Positions 12,979 through 26,551 of a stretch of DNA of 64,000 bases are shown here, piece by piece. The notes below the pieces were generated by a model. That model worked only from the letters and a program-made list of their open reading frames with translations. It was not told where the DNA came from and ran no database searches. Position 1 is the stretch's first letter; each line of letters starts with the position of its first letter. Both the position numbers and the translations under genes were made by a program. Source of the stretch: Ruditapes philippinarum (Eukaryota); assembly GCF_026571515.1 (NCBI RefSeq), contig NW_026861817.1, forward strand, positions 1-64,000. The letters run 5' to 3'.

Positions 12979-14616
12979 ATGGCGGAAAGTGGACGTAAAA
13001 TAAGGATAAGTAAACTGCAGCTGTCAAGTTTATTCAACTTGTAATAAATAACAATATAATGATTGTTCAAATGTACACAACGTGCTAGCTATCTTGAAAA
13101 ATCATAAATAGGTGATCGTGAAAGAAGCTGTTCAATTTGCAAGTATTTCGTTTAAAATGAAGGCCGTAGATATATGCGATCAACATCAACATTCTTTTGA
13201 ATTCTTATGTGAAGATGAAAGAAGCTCTGCTGCAGTAAATGTGCTATTTTTAATCACCGAAAATGTCACAACGTTATAGAAATTGAGAAGATTGCCGGGA
13301 AAATAACTTCACCAATTTCTACCTTAGGGGAAAAATTGTAGAAAGCTAAAGAAGCTGCTGAGCAGGTTGCGAGACATATTCGCTCTTCAAAAGATCGACT
13401 TGATCAAGATATAAAAGAAATGACTGTATAAGTTAGACGAATGTGAGACGAAGTAATGAGAATGTTTGACGATTTAGAAGATTCCGTCGCGAAGAGAGCT
13501 GAAACTCTTCAAAGAGAAAACTTGAAAGAAACTGACAGAGAAGCAAACACAAAACGAGAAACATTTGGCTGATGTAACATCGTGCTTAGAGACGACTGTA
13601 AGCATTTTCAAAAATGGAACTTCAGTGCAGAAATATATAGCAGAACATAAAATGGAGAGTAACGTCAATTTTTTCTGTGGAAACATCAATGAGGATTATT
13701 AGAAATTAGAGACGGTGAACATTCCTTTTCATTTTGAAACAATAAAAACATTATCAATCACTGAATATGTTCCAGGACAATTACTATTAAAGATCACTAT
13801 TCGACAGGGAGTTGCAATTCTGTTAACATGGCGATGTCTTTAAATCAAGTTTCTTCTAGAAGACGGGAGATGAAATCGATGAACCATTAAATACAGGTAT
13901 AGATATTCTACCTGATGGTAGACTATGGATAACAAAAACAAGAAATGTTTAGTGTACAATGAGAAGCTTGAGAAAGTAGGATCATATCAGCTTACCTCCC
14001 ATTATCTGTTGTTGTAGTATATGATGAGGAGGTAGCAATAACAAATGTTAATGGATACTATATAGAATTTCTACATGTTTGTAAATGTAATGAAATAGGT
14101 TCCAGTAGGACATGTAAAGTGAAAACGAAATATTACACTTTATGTTTGAAAGATGATAGACAGTTTGTAGTAGGGACTTATGATGAACCAAGACCTGTTC
14201 GTATTTTATCATTGACAGGACAGGAGCATGATTTTAGTGTAAACAAGACAAATCCTATAGGCAGTAGCGCTAGAACTTAAATAAAGAGCAATGACAAAGT
14301 GCTGTTAACAGATAGAGACGACCATACTGTCTACATATATAATATCAGGACAGACACGAGAGTCGTAGTGAAAGATGATCAGATACAGGAGCCACGTGAT
14401 GCAGCAGTTGGTCCCTCTGATACTATCCTTGTTTGTTGTCGTAAAACAAACTCCATTGTACGGATATCACAAACAGGTCAGAAATTATCATAATACACGA
14501 AAGATATGATTTATCCGTGGAAAATATGTGTCTCACATGATAAATCATTTCTTGTTGTTACAAATATCTGTGTTAAATATTGGAAAATGCAGAAATTCAA
14601 AATATCATATAAGTAA
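12979..14616 (+). pseudogene. TRIM-like copy 2, pseudogene
   Basis: Colinear with copy 1 from ATGGCGGAAAGTGGA to AAATTCAAAATATCA, with a deletion after codon 7, several frameshifts and in-frame stops (e.g. aaa tag gtg at about 13108 and atg tga at 13441). Confidence 0.9.
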
Positions 14617-14623
14617 CACAATC

Positions 14624-14722
14624 TTCTGTTAAAGAATGAAACAAAAATTGCATATGATAGATGGAACATAGAATTCTGTTAAAGAATGAAACAAAAATTG
14701 CATATGATAGATGTAACATAGA
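14624..14722 (+). repeat. 50-bp tandem duplication
   Basis: ttctgttaaagaatgaaacaaaaattgcatatgatagatg(g/t)aacataga occurs twice. Confidence 0.85.
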
Positions 14723-17700
14723 TTTATACGTATATTCTAGCACCAATGTAGCTGTTCGTTATAAAAAAGATATTCAAATAAAACTATATAATAAAACTAT
14801 ATGCTAAGAAAAGTTGTACTTATTAAAATATAGTCTATTTCTACTATGACAGACAGATTTAACATCGCTAACATCAGGAGTTAACAATACAATATTAATA
14901 ATTTCAATTATTGTTTATGTTCATTTCACTTTAAGTACACGTGCGTTAAATTTGTATTTCATCAATTAATCGACAGATTTAACTTTTCATGTGCTGGTGA
15001 AATCAAACCGAGTCTGCAATTATCGTGTTATTTCATGGTGATAAATGTTTTCAGAGGATCACATTTCTCTGTGTTTTTATAAAGCACGTCGTATATATAT
15101 AAAGAGTTATGTTCTGTACAATACCAAAGTTGTTTATAGTCATTTATTTTTCTAATAATCACATTATGTTGATTATATTAATTTTCATTTGTTGGTATAT
15201 ATCAATTTGTCGATGTCCTTATTGTTTTTTCTCTAGTGTTAATGTTATAGTTTCACTACATTATTTAAATACATTAAACCCTCATATCCTGCCTTAACTG
15301 AAGTTGGACAGATCCATTATAGAAATATAGAAGGTCAAGGGTAAATATTTAAGCCCTTACATCCTGCCTGGCACGAAAGTGATTTCTTTTGCCACCAGTA
15401 TACTGTCAAGCCAGCACGTACATTCGAGCATCTAACCAACTGTTCTTCTATTCTAATATTGAAATTTGTTCACTTCAAATGAACTGTTCCACACTCAAAA
15501 AAAAGGCGAACCCATTTCTCAAAATAAGCATGTCAATGGTAAAGAACAAGAAAATTGATCAGACTTCACTCTTTTATTATGAAATAGATCATAATATAAT
15601 ATATATAAATGTATAAATTTATCGTAATATAATCATTTTATGAAAGTTATGTTTGAAAATGTATATAGTTTACTGTCTTTTAATATCATGCTCTTCAGGA
15701 TGAATAAATATACCTAGCCGGAGTTATAATATTTGTGTTTGATATTTTGATTGCATTGTTTTATCTGAATATCATACATATTCCACTCTTTTTGAAGTTT
15801 AAATTTTAAATAAAAGACGGTTTAATGCTTTTAAGGGATCACTTTGTTTCCAGATTTTTTACATACTCATTAAGTGACAATATGTTCAGTTTATCTGTAG
15901 CGTTCATGTTATACAAAGAGTGGGGAAGTCTTTTCCGAGAGATCACTTTTTTCCAGAGTTTTATACTAAAGGCATATATACTTTATCCTGAACATTTTCC
16001 AATATCAATCTTGGTCAATCATCATTGTAACAGTAAATATTTTGAAATTTATGTCAAATCTAACAATTATTGCCATTGTTTTGCTTAGGGAGATTAAAAA
16101 CTTAAAGAAATGAAAGAAATGTTACAAGTGTTCGTAAAATATCGTTATGTCTTTTATTAATGTTATACTACAATTTAACAATTAGTATCATTTATTTAAA
16201 GATCAGCTGCTTATCAAGTTGCACGAATATTAAACAAAAAACCGAAAGATTGCTACAAAACGGCAAAAATGGAAATATTTCATGCTCACTTTGACTAAGC
16301 CTGTTGATGGACGGTTCTTGAAAGTGCAAGTTACCGCCTGCACCCCCCTTACACCGGCTTGATCATAATTCAACATTAAAACATGACAATGGCGAACTTT
16401 TTATTTAGTTACATACTCAGATGTATTCCTAAGGTGGTGATCATAGAACGTTCAATGTAACACTTAAGTGCCATTCATGAAAAGCAGCGGGTCCCCGAAA
16501 AAAATAATACCGGTGCCTTATATCACACATAATACGTCAAAAGAACTGGTTAATTTATGCTCAACATGGTGTGTGTTAATAAAAAGATTCACTGTATACC
16601 CTTTAATGAATTAATATCTATCATTGCTTTAAAACCGATAGTTTTACATTGCCGCAATATGTACCTAATTCAGGTATGCTTTAGGATTATGACACGGCTG
16701 TTGTAAAATCCTTAAGTCTATGTTCATTCTGACAGGGGTAGATGACTTTTAACTAGTGTGATATCTTTTAAACATTAACGACAGTAGAAGGCAGTCACTT
16801 CAAAAACAGCAGGCAACTCCATTTGATAGCGGAAAAAACATAAATTTACATTATTCTGCAATGTTAGTACACTACATGTTAGCTAGAGAGGTACCATATA
16901 TAGTTGTCAATTATCAGTTATTGCTGATGGAGTAGCTCCTGGCCCACTTGATCAAAATGAATAAATATCTATCACTTAAATATCTGAGAGACATACAGAA
17001 ATTTTACTCTTTCATGTGAATAACCATAAATTCAATGTAGGCATGTTTGTCATTTTTGTTTTGGTCACTGATGGCCTGCCTTTAGTTAATCAGTTTTCAA
17101 CTGAAGTCTTTTTTTTCACGCGTGGGAGGGTGATTAAAAAGCAAAAAGAGTCAGTTATCATGGTTTAAAATTGATAAAAATCCGTTTAAAATATGACCCA
17201 TGAAGTCAATTTTCAATGGGGTCAAAATAAAGTATTACACCGACATGAATTATTTATCGTTCATGCGAAATAATTTATTAAGTTGAAAGGAATCATATCA
17301 AATGTAAACTTATTTTGACTTTCGCTAGTTCACTGACTTAACACCCTTGAATGGCCATAATGCCACTACACTGTACATACTTTATAAGTTTAACTTTCAA
17401 TCGTGCAAAACATTAAATAAATTACAGGTTTAAAAGTCGTCCCGTTCATTTTATCAGAGATGTTATATTTTCGATCCTTAAAGATAGTTCAACACGACAC
17501 AATTGTTGTTTTTGTGTTATTTTTTTATTTTAAACTATTTGGCTTTTTCGATTTGGGTGGTTCAAATATTCCAACTTGAATAGTGTTGAATCACCCTTAG
17601 AATATGTTGCGTGCTTTTTTTACTATGTCTTTTGATGTCTTATCTGTGGTATACAGGCTTCATAACCTCTGATTCCCTTAAGACATTCCATTTTGTTTAG

Positions 17701-19171
17701 TTTCGCCAATTCTTTTCTCGTAAAGGGCACACTTTTTGTATTTTCTGGTCGCAGATCAGGAAATACAATGCTTGCATTCAATCTCTTGACGACAAACCTA
17801 AGAACAAGTCGTTCTCAAAACAGCTTAAAACTAGCGATGTAGAAGAAAGAAATCTTTTATTTTGTTACAAGTATCCAACAAATTACAAAGCATTCAAAGT
17901 TTAAAAGTAGTGTTGGCTTATAGAATTGTCAACAAATGCACAATCACAAATTTCGCCAATGAATAGAATATCATTTTAATCAATAAAAATGCAATATTTG
18001 GCGATGTCGATTACCGAATACTGCAGAGCGTATTATACAAAAAAAACATAAATACGGAAAATGAAAATACGCATTTTATTTATCAATATTTCTCAATATC
18101 TTTTTTATCAATATTTCTCAATATTTTAATGAATAGTTATCATCTGTATAAAACTATTCATACATTTAAGGCTTAGGTAATTATTATTAGGTAAAAACAA
18201 TAATTGCGCGTCATAACCTCCCTGTCGGCGTTTCAGAATGATGAAACTCTTTGATATATGCCGGGGTTTTATTTGGCGGGAAGGGAACGCTCGTGACAGA
18301 GTAAATTACTGCAACTTCAAAGACACATCAATGAGCTTATGTGACGTCATCCGACCCAGACGAACAGGCTGTAATCATTTTCATTTTGAACATTGGTGTG
18401 GCCAGCAGCTGTAGACAAGCAAACGTAAGTAAAAAATCCTCTAGCAGCGTTCTTTATTTAGTCAAAATAAATTTTGGTAGGGTTGTGAAATATGGCGCCG
18501 CAAGAAAAAATAAATTCGGTATATGTGTCCGTCGTAATGTTCTTTTCTTCGGACAATTTTGTGAAACATATACCGACGAAATTTGTCAGTAACATGATAT
18601 AACTAAAAAGTATGCAGTTCAGAGACAATGCCTCTTGCTTTGATTAGCCATCATATGAATTATCTTACATATTTGACTTATGCGAATTGCTCTTTTTTAA
18701 AGGTGCAGTAAGGGATGTTCACAAAAAATATAAATTGGAACATTGTTTTTTCCAATCTTGAGGTGTTCCAAAAATTACACTGTTCCATTTTACATGCAAC
18801 TCTTTGAAGAAAAAATGGGCATCTGATACTTTTCTTCAATATGATTTATTACTGTACCTAATTTATGGGTGTACCAGAAATTGAATAACGGGGAAAAAGC
18901 ATATATATATGTATATATGCATATATGTTACTCTGAATCAATAACAGTTGGACTTTTTCACATAAACTAAACATTAAACCTTTTGAAACACCCAAAAGTA
19001 AATTCTGTTATATATATTTTCAGGTTGGATATATTTTTTGAACTTAATGCACCTTTAATAGAGGGTAAATTTCTTTTAAAAGTAGCATGTGAGCAGGTAA
19101 CGAAAAGTGGTGAAAATCGATTCAACAATGACTTAATATAGGGTCTTAAAAGAACGGTAGAATGATGCATC

Positions 19172-19439
19172 CGCCTCTATGAATGATGGACTCCATCCCC
19201 AACCCCAACCCATCTGTTCAACCCTGGTCCCCACATCTACAACCCCTCCATATTAAAAGCAATTTTCAATATATAATTTTGTCATGATTAACTATTTTCT
19301 GAAAAGTGTTTTTGGTATTATATGTGTTGCTTTGAATGTAGAGGGGTTGTAGATTTGGGGATCCTTGTAGAGAGCGCGGTTAAGGGTGAAAGGGGGAGGC
19401 ATCGATCATAAAGGGGATCCATCATTCATAGGTGGACTA
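19172..19439. mobile_element. Palindromic MITE
   Basis: Inverted pairs ctatgaatgatgga/tccatcattcatag and ccccacatctacaaccc/gggttgtagatttgggg. TSD not resolved. Confidence 0.55.
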
Positions 19440-20864
19440 AGTGAAATGTCGGATGTCTGTGTCACGTGTTAGATGTAAAATAGGAAAACGTCTAAATATA
19501 ATGTTTAAGGTATTAAACCGCCAAATGTTTCATGTGCAATACTACTTAATGTGTCACGTGCAAAACCACTATATATTTAACGGTTGATGGTGCAATACCA
19601 CTAAATGTTTCAGATGCAACCCCATATATATGTCTAATGGTCGCAATACCTTTGAATGTTAAATGGTCAAATACAACAAAAAGGTTATAGGTATTCTAAA
19701 ACTAAATGTTAAAGTGAAATACCAATTTCATTTTTATTCGTACCACTAAATGGTTCATGTTTATTTGTCATACGACCCTATTTAATGTATCATAACACGT
19801 CCGTTCGTCCGCCTGTCCGTTACTTTCATGTTCGCACAATAACTTTGTCATTCCTTGATGGATTTTGAAATCACTTTGCAGTAATGTTCATCACAATTAG
19901 ACGATGTGTTACGCGCAAGACCCAGGTCAGCTCCAAGGCCTGTCAGCTCCAAGGCAAATGTCACTAAATGTATGTTTTCAACTAGAATTCTACTATGGCG
20001 TTTGTATGCCATTTTGTTTCTAAGTCCGGTAAACCAAAATGTCACTAAACATGCTTCACATCTAAGACTAATTTTTTTTATCTTGCAGCATGAAAAAGCA
20101 GGAGGCACTGGGATGCCTTTCGAGAACGAAATACGACACAATGGTATCGATGCTGAACAGAAACAGGCGATAATGCAACTAAGGAAACGTAGGGATCAAT
20201 ATGGACTCAATAAAAGGGGGCAATTATTGTGTCATGGAAAGATCGTTATTGTTAAAGATGAATTATCTGCATTTGTCAAAAAAAGCTTTTAAAGATAGTC
20301 ACGGGTGTGGTCCAATAAGATGAAATTGAAGTATACAGGATTTACCCTTCGGAAGGTCATTGAAATTCTATCTAAAAGTAAAAGTTATCATAGACAGTAT
20401 CCACGATTCACAAATAAATCTATTCCAAAGACTGTAACAGCCGATCGACCGGGACATCGGTGGCAGATTGATTTGATTAATATGTCTGAAGATGCAGTTA
20501 TGTTTAACGGTCACACGTACAAATACATTTTTCAAATCATTGATGTATACTCGAGATACATTTTGCCGCAACCTCTAAAAAGCAAAAAAAGTAGCGAGAT
20601 AGCTGTAGCACTTGAAAAGACAATAATGCAAAACGGAGCTCCAAAAATCTATAATGTGACAACGGCCCCGAATTTAAGGGCCATAAAATAGACCAACTGA
20701 TGGAAAAATATGGTGTAGAAGTAATAAATGGCAGACCATACCATCCGCAATCTCAAGGGAAATGTGAACGATCAAATCGCGTTTTGAAGCAAAGAATTAG
20801 ATTCGCCAGTACAAGACGTAAAGGTTTCAATTGGGTAGAGGGACTAGCCAGTATAGCAAACGAA

Positions 20865-22082
20865 ACAAGCAATTATCATAGTATTGCAAGCAATCCATAA
20901 GTCCCCTACCGATAAGAGCCCAAGCAACATTCTGAAGGGCCATTGGCCATTCACTTATGTTCCTATTTTAAGTAAATTTGTTAAAAAAGTTATTTAAAAG
21001 TTATCACAGGAAACAGTTTTTATGTTCAGACAGACAGACTGAAGGACACTCTAAAGTTATTTTTTAAACATCCCTGTTATCAAAATATAACATTTTTAAA
21101 ATCCTATCATGATTGAAGAAGTTGGAGTGAAAATTACCAATTTCTCAAAAAAAAAGTGTAAGTTCAAAAGCGGCATAATTCTGGAAATAGTCTTGCTAGA
21201 GTATTGAACTATCACAAATGTTGGGTGATAATAAGAAACATTTATATGAAGTTTGAAGTAGATACATTCAAAAAAAGAAGTTATTAAAAAAAACAATGTT
21301 TTTTTCATGAAAATTTTAAGTTCAAGGGAGGCAATTCTGATAAATTTTGTGCTAGAGTTGTAAACCTTGTCACATATGATGTGGTTGATGACAAGCAACT
21401 TATATTTAAAGTTTGAAGAAAATACCTTAAGAAATAAAGAACTTATAGTGAAAAAACTTAAAAACTAGAATCAGAAATCTTGAAATTCAGTCTATTTGTT
21501 GCCATAGCAACCAGAATTTTCAACATAGGAAGATAAGAAACGGATGTGCATAATTTCTATACTGCCGTCTACCCATATGTCAAGTTTCATAAACATATTT
21601 TCAGTACTTTTTGTGTTATCACTGGATCCAGGTTATGTGTAAATTTTGCCATATTTTCAGTCTATTTGTTGCCATAGCAACCAGAATTTTCAACATAGGA
21701 AGAAAGGAAAAAGATGTGCATAATCTCCATACTGCCATCTATCCATAAATCAAGTTTCATAAAAATATTTTCAGTACTTTTTGCGTTATCACGAGATCCA
21801 GGTTATGTGTCAAATTTGCCATATTTTCAGTCTATTTGTTGTCATAGCAACCAGATTTTTCAACATAGGAAGAAAAGAAAAAGACGTGCATAATCTCCAT
21901 ACTGCTATCTATCCATATATCAAGTTTCATTAAAATATTTTCAGTACTTTTTGCGTTATCGCGGGATCCAGTTTTGTGGACGGACGGACTGACGGACGGA
22001 CAGACGGACGGACTGACGGACAGACGGACAGACGGACGGAGGGTAAACCTAAAGTCCCCTCCGGTAAACCGGTAGGGGACTA
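20865..22082 (+). mobile_element. Helentron-type non-autonomous element (HINE-like) with 170-bp internal tandem repeats
   Basis: Starts acaagc with subterminal aagtcccctaccg; about 2.9 units at 21491, 21661 and 21831; (GACG/GACA)n tract; terminal hairpin agtcccctccggtaaaccggtaggggact. Excision restores the integrase frame. Confidence 0.8.
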
Positions 22083-22233
22083 ATAAACACAAGTGTATCA
22101 AAGGCTATCGGGTATATTACACCATTTGAGGCCTATCATGGTAGAAGCCATGTCAGTACAAATCAAACTGAGCAGAATATTCACAAGAAGATTAAAAAGG
22201 CCTCCAAGTCGTGTTACTCAAAGATTTTAAAGA

Positions 22234-23355
22234 ATGCCCCACATCCAAGTAAATATAAATAAGGTTGGAGAAAAAATTCTTCTTCGCCATCCGTTTTCAG
22301 TGACGAGGGTTCCTCTGAAACGTCATGTTATTCCAGGAATAATTTTGGGATTTAATAAGCTAAGAAGTAGATACCGCGTGCTTTATAAAGATCTAAAGCA
22401 TCAGAATGATTTTGTAAGAAATTGGATCGGGGTAGAATACATCACCAGTACTACAGTATCAAAAGAAAAAGTTAGAAGAAAGCGGGTTGCGAAACCAAAG
22501 TTACACACGAAGAAGACAAGTCATCCTGAAAAACTAAATAAAATTGTTATGACACATGAAGATTATTTGAATTTGCTTGATAACGATGATTTCCCGAGTG
22601 GAATTTCGGTGGTGTATGACCCGTCTCCAGATGGCAACTGCCAGTTTGAAGCGATCGCGCACCAAATGCAATTTAAAGGAATACATAGAAGTGCTACAAC
22701 ACTGAGAAAAGAAGCTACAGAACATCTTAATCAGCAAGACGCGTTCTACCGACAGTTTGTTCATAACATGACGTATGAAGAATATGTTTCTTCTATGGCG
22801 CGTGATTGCTATTATGGTATTAATCTTACGCTCGTGGCTCTCATGAGGGAATATAACATGCAATGTATAGTTATATCACCACAAGGTCGCACACATACAA
22901 GGCTTATATCAAATGATGAATTTTATGATAGAATGTTGCCTGTGTTGAGCATAGCTCATTTTCCGGAAGACAATGGTATGCATTATGTTAGTGTAGAGCT
23001 ACAGAGAAACATTCTTATCGATTATTTATCAGACTTTGAACAGCCAGACAGCACTGACAAGAAATCAGCAGACTCTGATCTTGGAGAGGCATCGGCTGAA
23101 AGAAAACATGAAAAGGGGAAAAAGTCCGTTCAAACACAAAAAGCCAACGAGACCGAAACGGATAATGTGCGAAAAAAAATGCTAAGTAGATTACATAAAG
23201 CTGTCTTGGAAAAGCGGAGTGGGGTGCATAAAAAGACAATAGCATTTCAGCGGTTACCATTACACATACAAATACAAATTGTCAAATATTGCTTGAATGA
23301 TCCTTCATTTAGATTTGTTTTAGAAAGGACACATGGGTATTTCCGGAGTTGTTAA
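22234..23355 (+). pseudogene. Longest residual ORF of the integrase element (post-integrase region, OTU protease, F-box-like motif)
   Basis: 373-aa ORF entered by a frameshift at about 22257 (PSKY/KVGEKILLR) and exited by a frameshift at about 23352 into ORF 23349-23576. Confidence 0.75.
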
Positions 23356-24468
23356 GGATAATGAATTGCCAACGACCACAAATACACATTGGATCCTATG
23401 TTATGAGTGACATTCCAACACCCGTAAGTGTCAGACGTCTTTCAAGAACTGTTGGACGAAACAGTGGATTGCTATTAGAAATAAGAAAAATCATAAGAAA
23501 CAGGAAATGGTTTAATGCTTGGCTTTATCTTAGAGTGTGTGGTATTGGTTGGTATGAAATTACAGATATCCGCTGAAGTCCGGAAATAAAAGACTGTTTT
23601 AGTTATTGTTTGACTGCAATTGTCGTTTTATCATATTTTGAGGTTTGTTTATATGACTGATGTTTTCCTTTGAAAAGAATCGTTTTGTTGAAACAGTAGT
23701 TTATGTAAATTGCACTACTTGATTTGTTGTGTCAGTAAAGACTTAGTTTAATGAACCAGTTTTGTACTATATTAAATGTACTAGTTTTGTACTACATGTA
23801 TATCCATGTGTTCATGTTACTCAACAAGATAATATGATATTCTGGCTGTTTTGTCTTTCCTTTTCTCCGTACGTTTGCCACATCGTGACACCGAACACAG
23901 CTTTATAACTAGAGTGTGTTCAATAAAAAATAACACGAGTCAAAAAATGTGTTTATTGGGAAATATCGCACTTTGTTATTTTTATGTGTAGAAATAGTTT
24001 TCTAATATAGTTTTATATATATTCTTATACAACCTGTAGTGTTTATACCATAATTTACTCAAATAAACATTGCTAAGAATTGTTTAAAACACCAAAAGTA
24101 ATTGACGTTATTCAACAAAATAAAGATAATAATTATGCCCGTCCGTATACCGAAAACCAGCCATTGTTCTGTGTTTTCTATATCTATAATACCTTAAGAT
24201 CACTTCCGGTAATTCAAACATTTACTTCCTGCCTCTGCATAGGAGTCATACATTAACATAAAGAGTCTCTCTGTTCTGCATATCACATGTGTCACCAGTG
24301 CAGTATCCAGAACACATATATGCAACAAGTCCATTCTAATCTATATTAGTTGTGACACGTTTCTTTCCGATGCTTAAAGTCTTGTAAATGATTTAAAAAT
24401 ATTCCAAACAACAACAAGGTAGTATCTACGGTGCCATAAAGGGGACATAGGATTTTCTTATTTAGGGC

Positions 24469-24566
24469 CTATAACGTGCGCACGCGATAGCTATAACGTG
24501 TGCACGCGAAAGCTATAACGTGTGCACGCGAACACGCGAAAGCTATAACGTGTACACGCGATAGCT
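24469..24566 (+). repeat. 22-bp minisatellite with palindromic core
   Basis: ctataacgtg(c/t)gcacgcga(t/a)ag x4, with one 8-bp internal duplication. Confidence 0.85.
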
Positions 24567-26551
24567 AATTCGTTCTAAAGGGATAGTTTTTGTGTGCGTA
24601 CGCTATAACTATTACGTGCGCATGCGGATAGGTATTCCGCATTTGGACCCTGGACGGGCTTCCTCGCATGAATAGTTTGACACCCCAAGTGTCGAACATA
24701 CAGAGCTTAGAGGAAATTGTGTTTTTTTTTTATTACTTGGCCATGGAGGCCCCTAAATGAACTAAGGAAGAAAATGAAAATACCATTCCTAGTATTTTGT
24801 TTTCATTAGAAATATATATTTATAAAAAATATCGCCATTTTCCGAGAATTTCATTTTGTGCTTTCAGATTTGCCATAGAAAAAAATTTACAACGTATATG
24901 AGTTCTTAAAAGAATTCAAGTAATGCCATAAATCGGGCGAGACGCGACATTTATGCGAGACACGATATTGTAACACGAGATCTAGCTATGTCTAAGTATT
25001 CCGCACCACGAGATTTCACGGTAGGATGTCGTGCCCCGCTTCATGTTTTGACGGAATTTCGCTTTTGGTGTCTCTTGGTAAAATATAGTGTATCGCTTCG
25101 TGTCTGTGCTTCTCATAGGCTTGACTATGGTAAATGAACCATCTGGAGCCATCTGGCCTTGTTGCATAATTGCGGACAGGTTATTTGACACTATTTATTC
25201 ACTTTGAATGTCCATAGACGTCTAAATTAAAGCTGTTTCCTGATTAAATTTCATCATTTTTGGTCGAAAAAATGCGAGCAAAGGTTGCATTTGATGAAGT
25301 GAATTTCAGTTTCAGTATTTATGGGTCTTCCCCGTCACAGCAGTTTGATTTTAAGTGACTTTAAAATAAGCAAATGTGACGCTAGAAATTTTCCTTAGAA
25401 CATACATGACCCCTGTTATATCAGTTATATCATAACTCTTTAAAATCAGATAAAGCTTTGTTCTCTTAAGTGAGTCCAGCTATGTTTTGTAGATCTTTGA
25501 AAAATGTCAGTATTATATAAAACATTAAGGGAATACTAGTAAGTGGTATATCGCCTCAAAGGAGTTTCTTGTCTCGCGTCGACCTACGAGATGCAAAGCG
25601 TGACGCGAGATTCCGACAAGATGCGAAACAAATGACAATATGGTATCGTTAAAATAACGCCCGATTACGGTGTTCAGTTTGGACATAAGTAACTATTTTG
25701 TCTTCCTTAACTGCGATGTACGACGGTACAATGGCGAAAGCGCAATGGTAAGACGATGACACGATGATAAAACAACGATGAAACGATTGTGAAATCACGA
25801 TGATGCGATGACACCATGGTAAAAATAATATCGCGTTTTCAACATCATGCCATGGCAGTTTCATCAGCGCACAATCGTATTCTCATTATCGTACCATCGT
25901 GCCATCGTGAACGGGATTCCATATGATTCAGTGGTCAGCAAATCAAATTTTTGAATTAGATATTATAAGTATTAATAGTTATTTCATAAAAAAACATTAG
26001 CAAACGTATTGCTGATCACACTTGACACGAGGTTAAACGGCGAACCTCGTTTCTATAAAAAAATCCTGCCTGAGAAAACATGTGAAGTAATTCATAGAAA
26101 ATGACATGAGACAAATGTGCTTTCTTGTCCCTTAAAAAGACATGAGACAAATGTGCTTTCTTGTCCCTTAAAAAACTTGATATGGAGCACATTTGTCACA
26201 CAAATGAGTTTTTTTGGAAAGACATTTGAGGTCCCATTTGTCTCATGTGAGACAAATGCGACCGCATCGGTCTTACGTGAGACAAATGTGTTCCGAGACA
26301 AATGTGCTCCTACAGGGCGGCGCCGAAAAAGTGCTCAATTTTTTAAGCAACATTTTTTAAACGAAAACTTATGTTTGGGGCCCAAATAGGACATTTTTTA
26401 ACTATTTGAGACCTAAAAAAAGGGGGGGGGGTCGAAAGTGCGTTGTTTCGCGTATATATGTGGTAAAGGGTTAACAAAAGTTCGGGGAAAATATGTTTGC
26501 TAGTAACAATACGAATGCTTACATGTTTACGGTTTTATATATATTGGTATT

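Larger units (their letters stand above)
20090..23576 (+). mobile_element. Decayed Ginger/KRBA2-SCAND3-type DDE integrase element: integrase + OTU domain + F-box-like motif + C-terminal domain
   Basis: Across frameshifts: RWQIDL..YKYIFQIIDVYSRY..PLKSK..GAPK..CDNGPEF..GRPYHPQSQGKCER (D,D,E); after the insertion, AIGYITPFEAYHGR; then PDGNCQFEAIAHQ...HYVSV (OTU Cys and His boxes) and LPLHIQIQIVKYCL. Acceptor ttgcag just before ATG 20090. Element termini not found. Confidence 0.8.

Noticed and set aside
20305-20900. Polinton/Maverick or LTR-retroelement origin of the integrase
   Set aside because: No pPolB, ATPase, capsid, RT or LTRs nearby, and the GRPYHPQSQG motif is KRBA2/Ginger-like. A phylogeny is still needed.
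24469-24566. Palindromic 22-bp repeats resembling a CRISPR array
   Set aside because: Units are directly adjacent with no unique spacers, there are no cas genes, and the context is eukaryotic.
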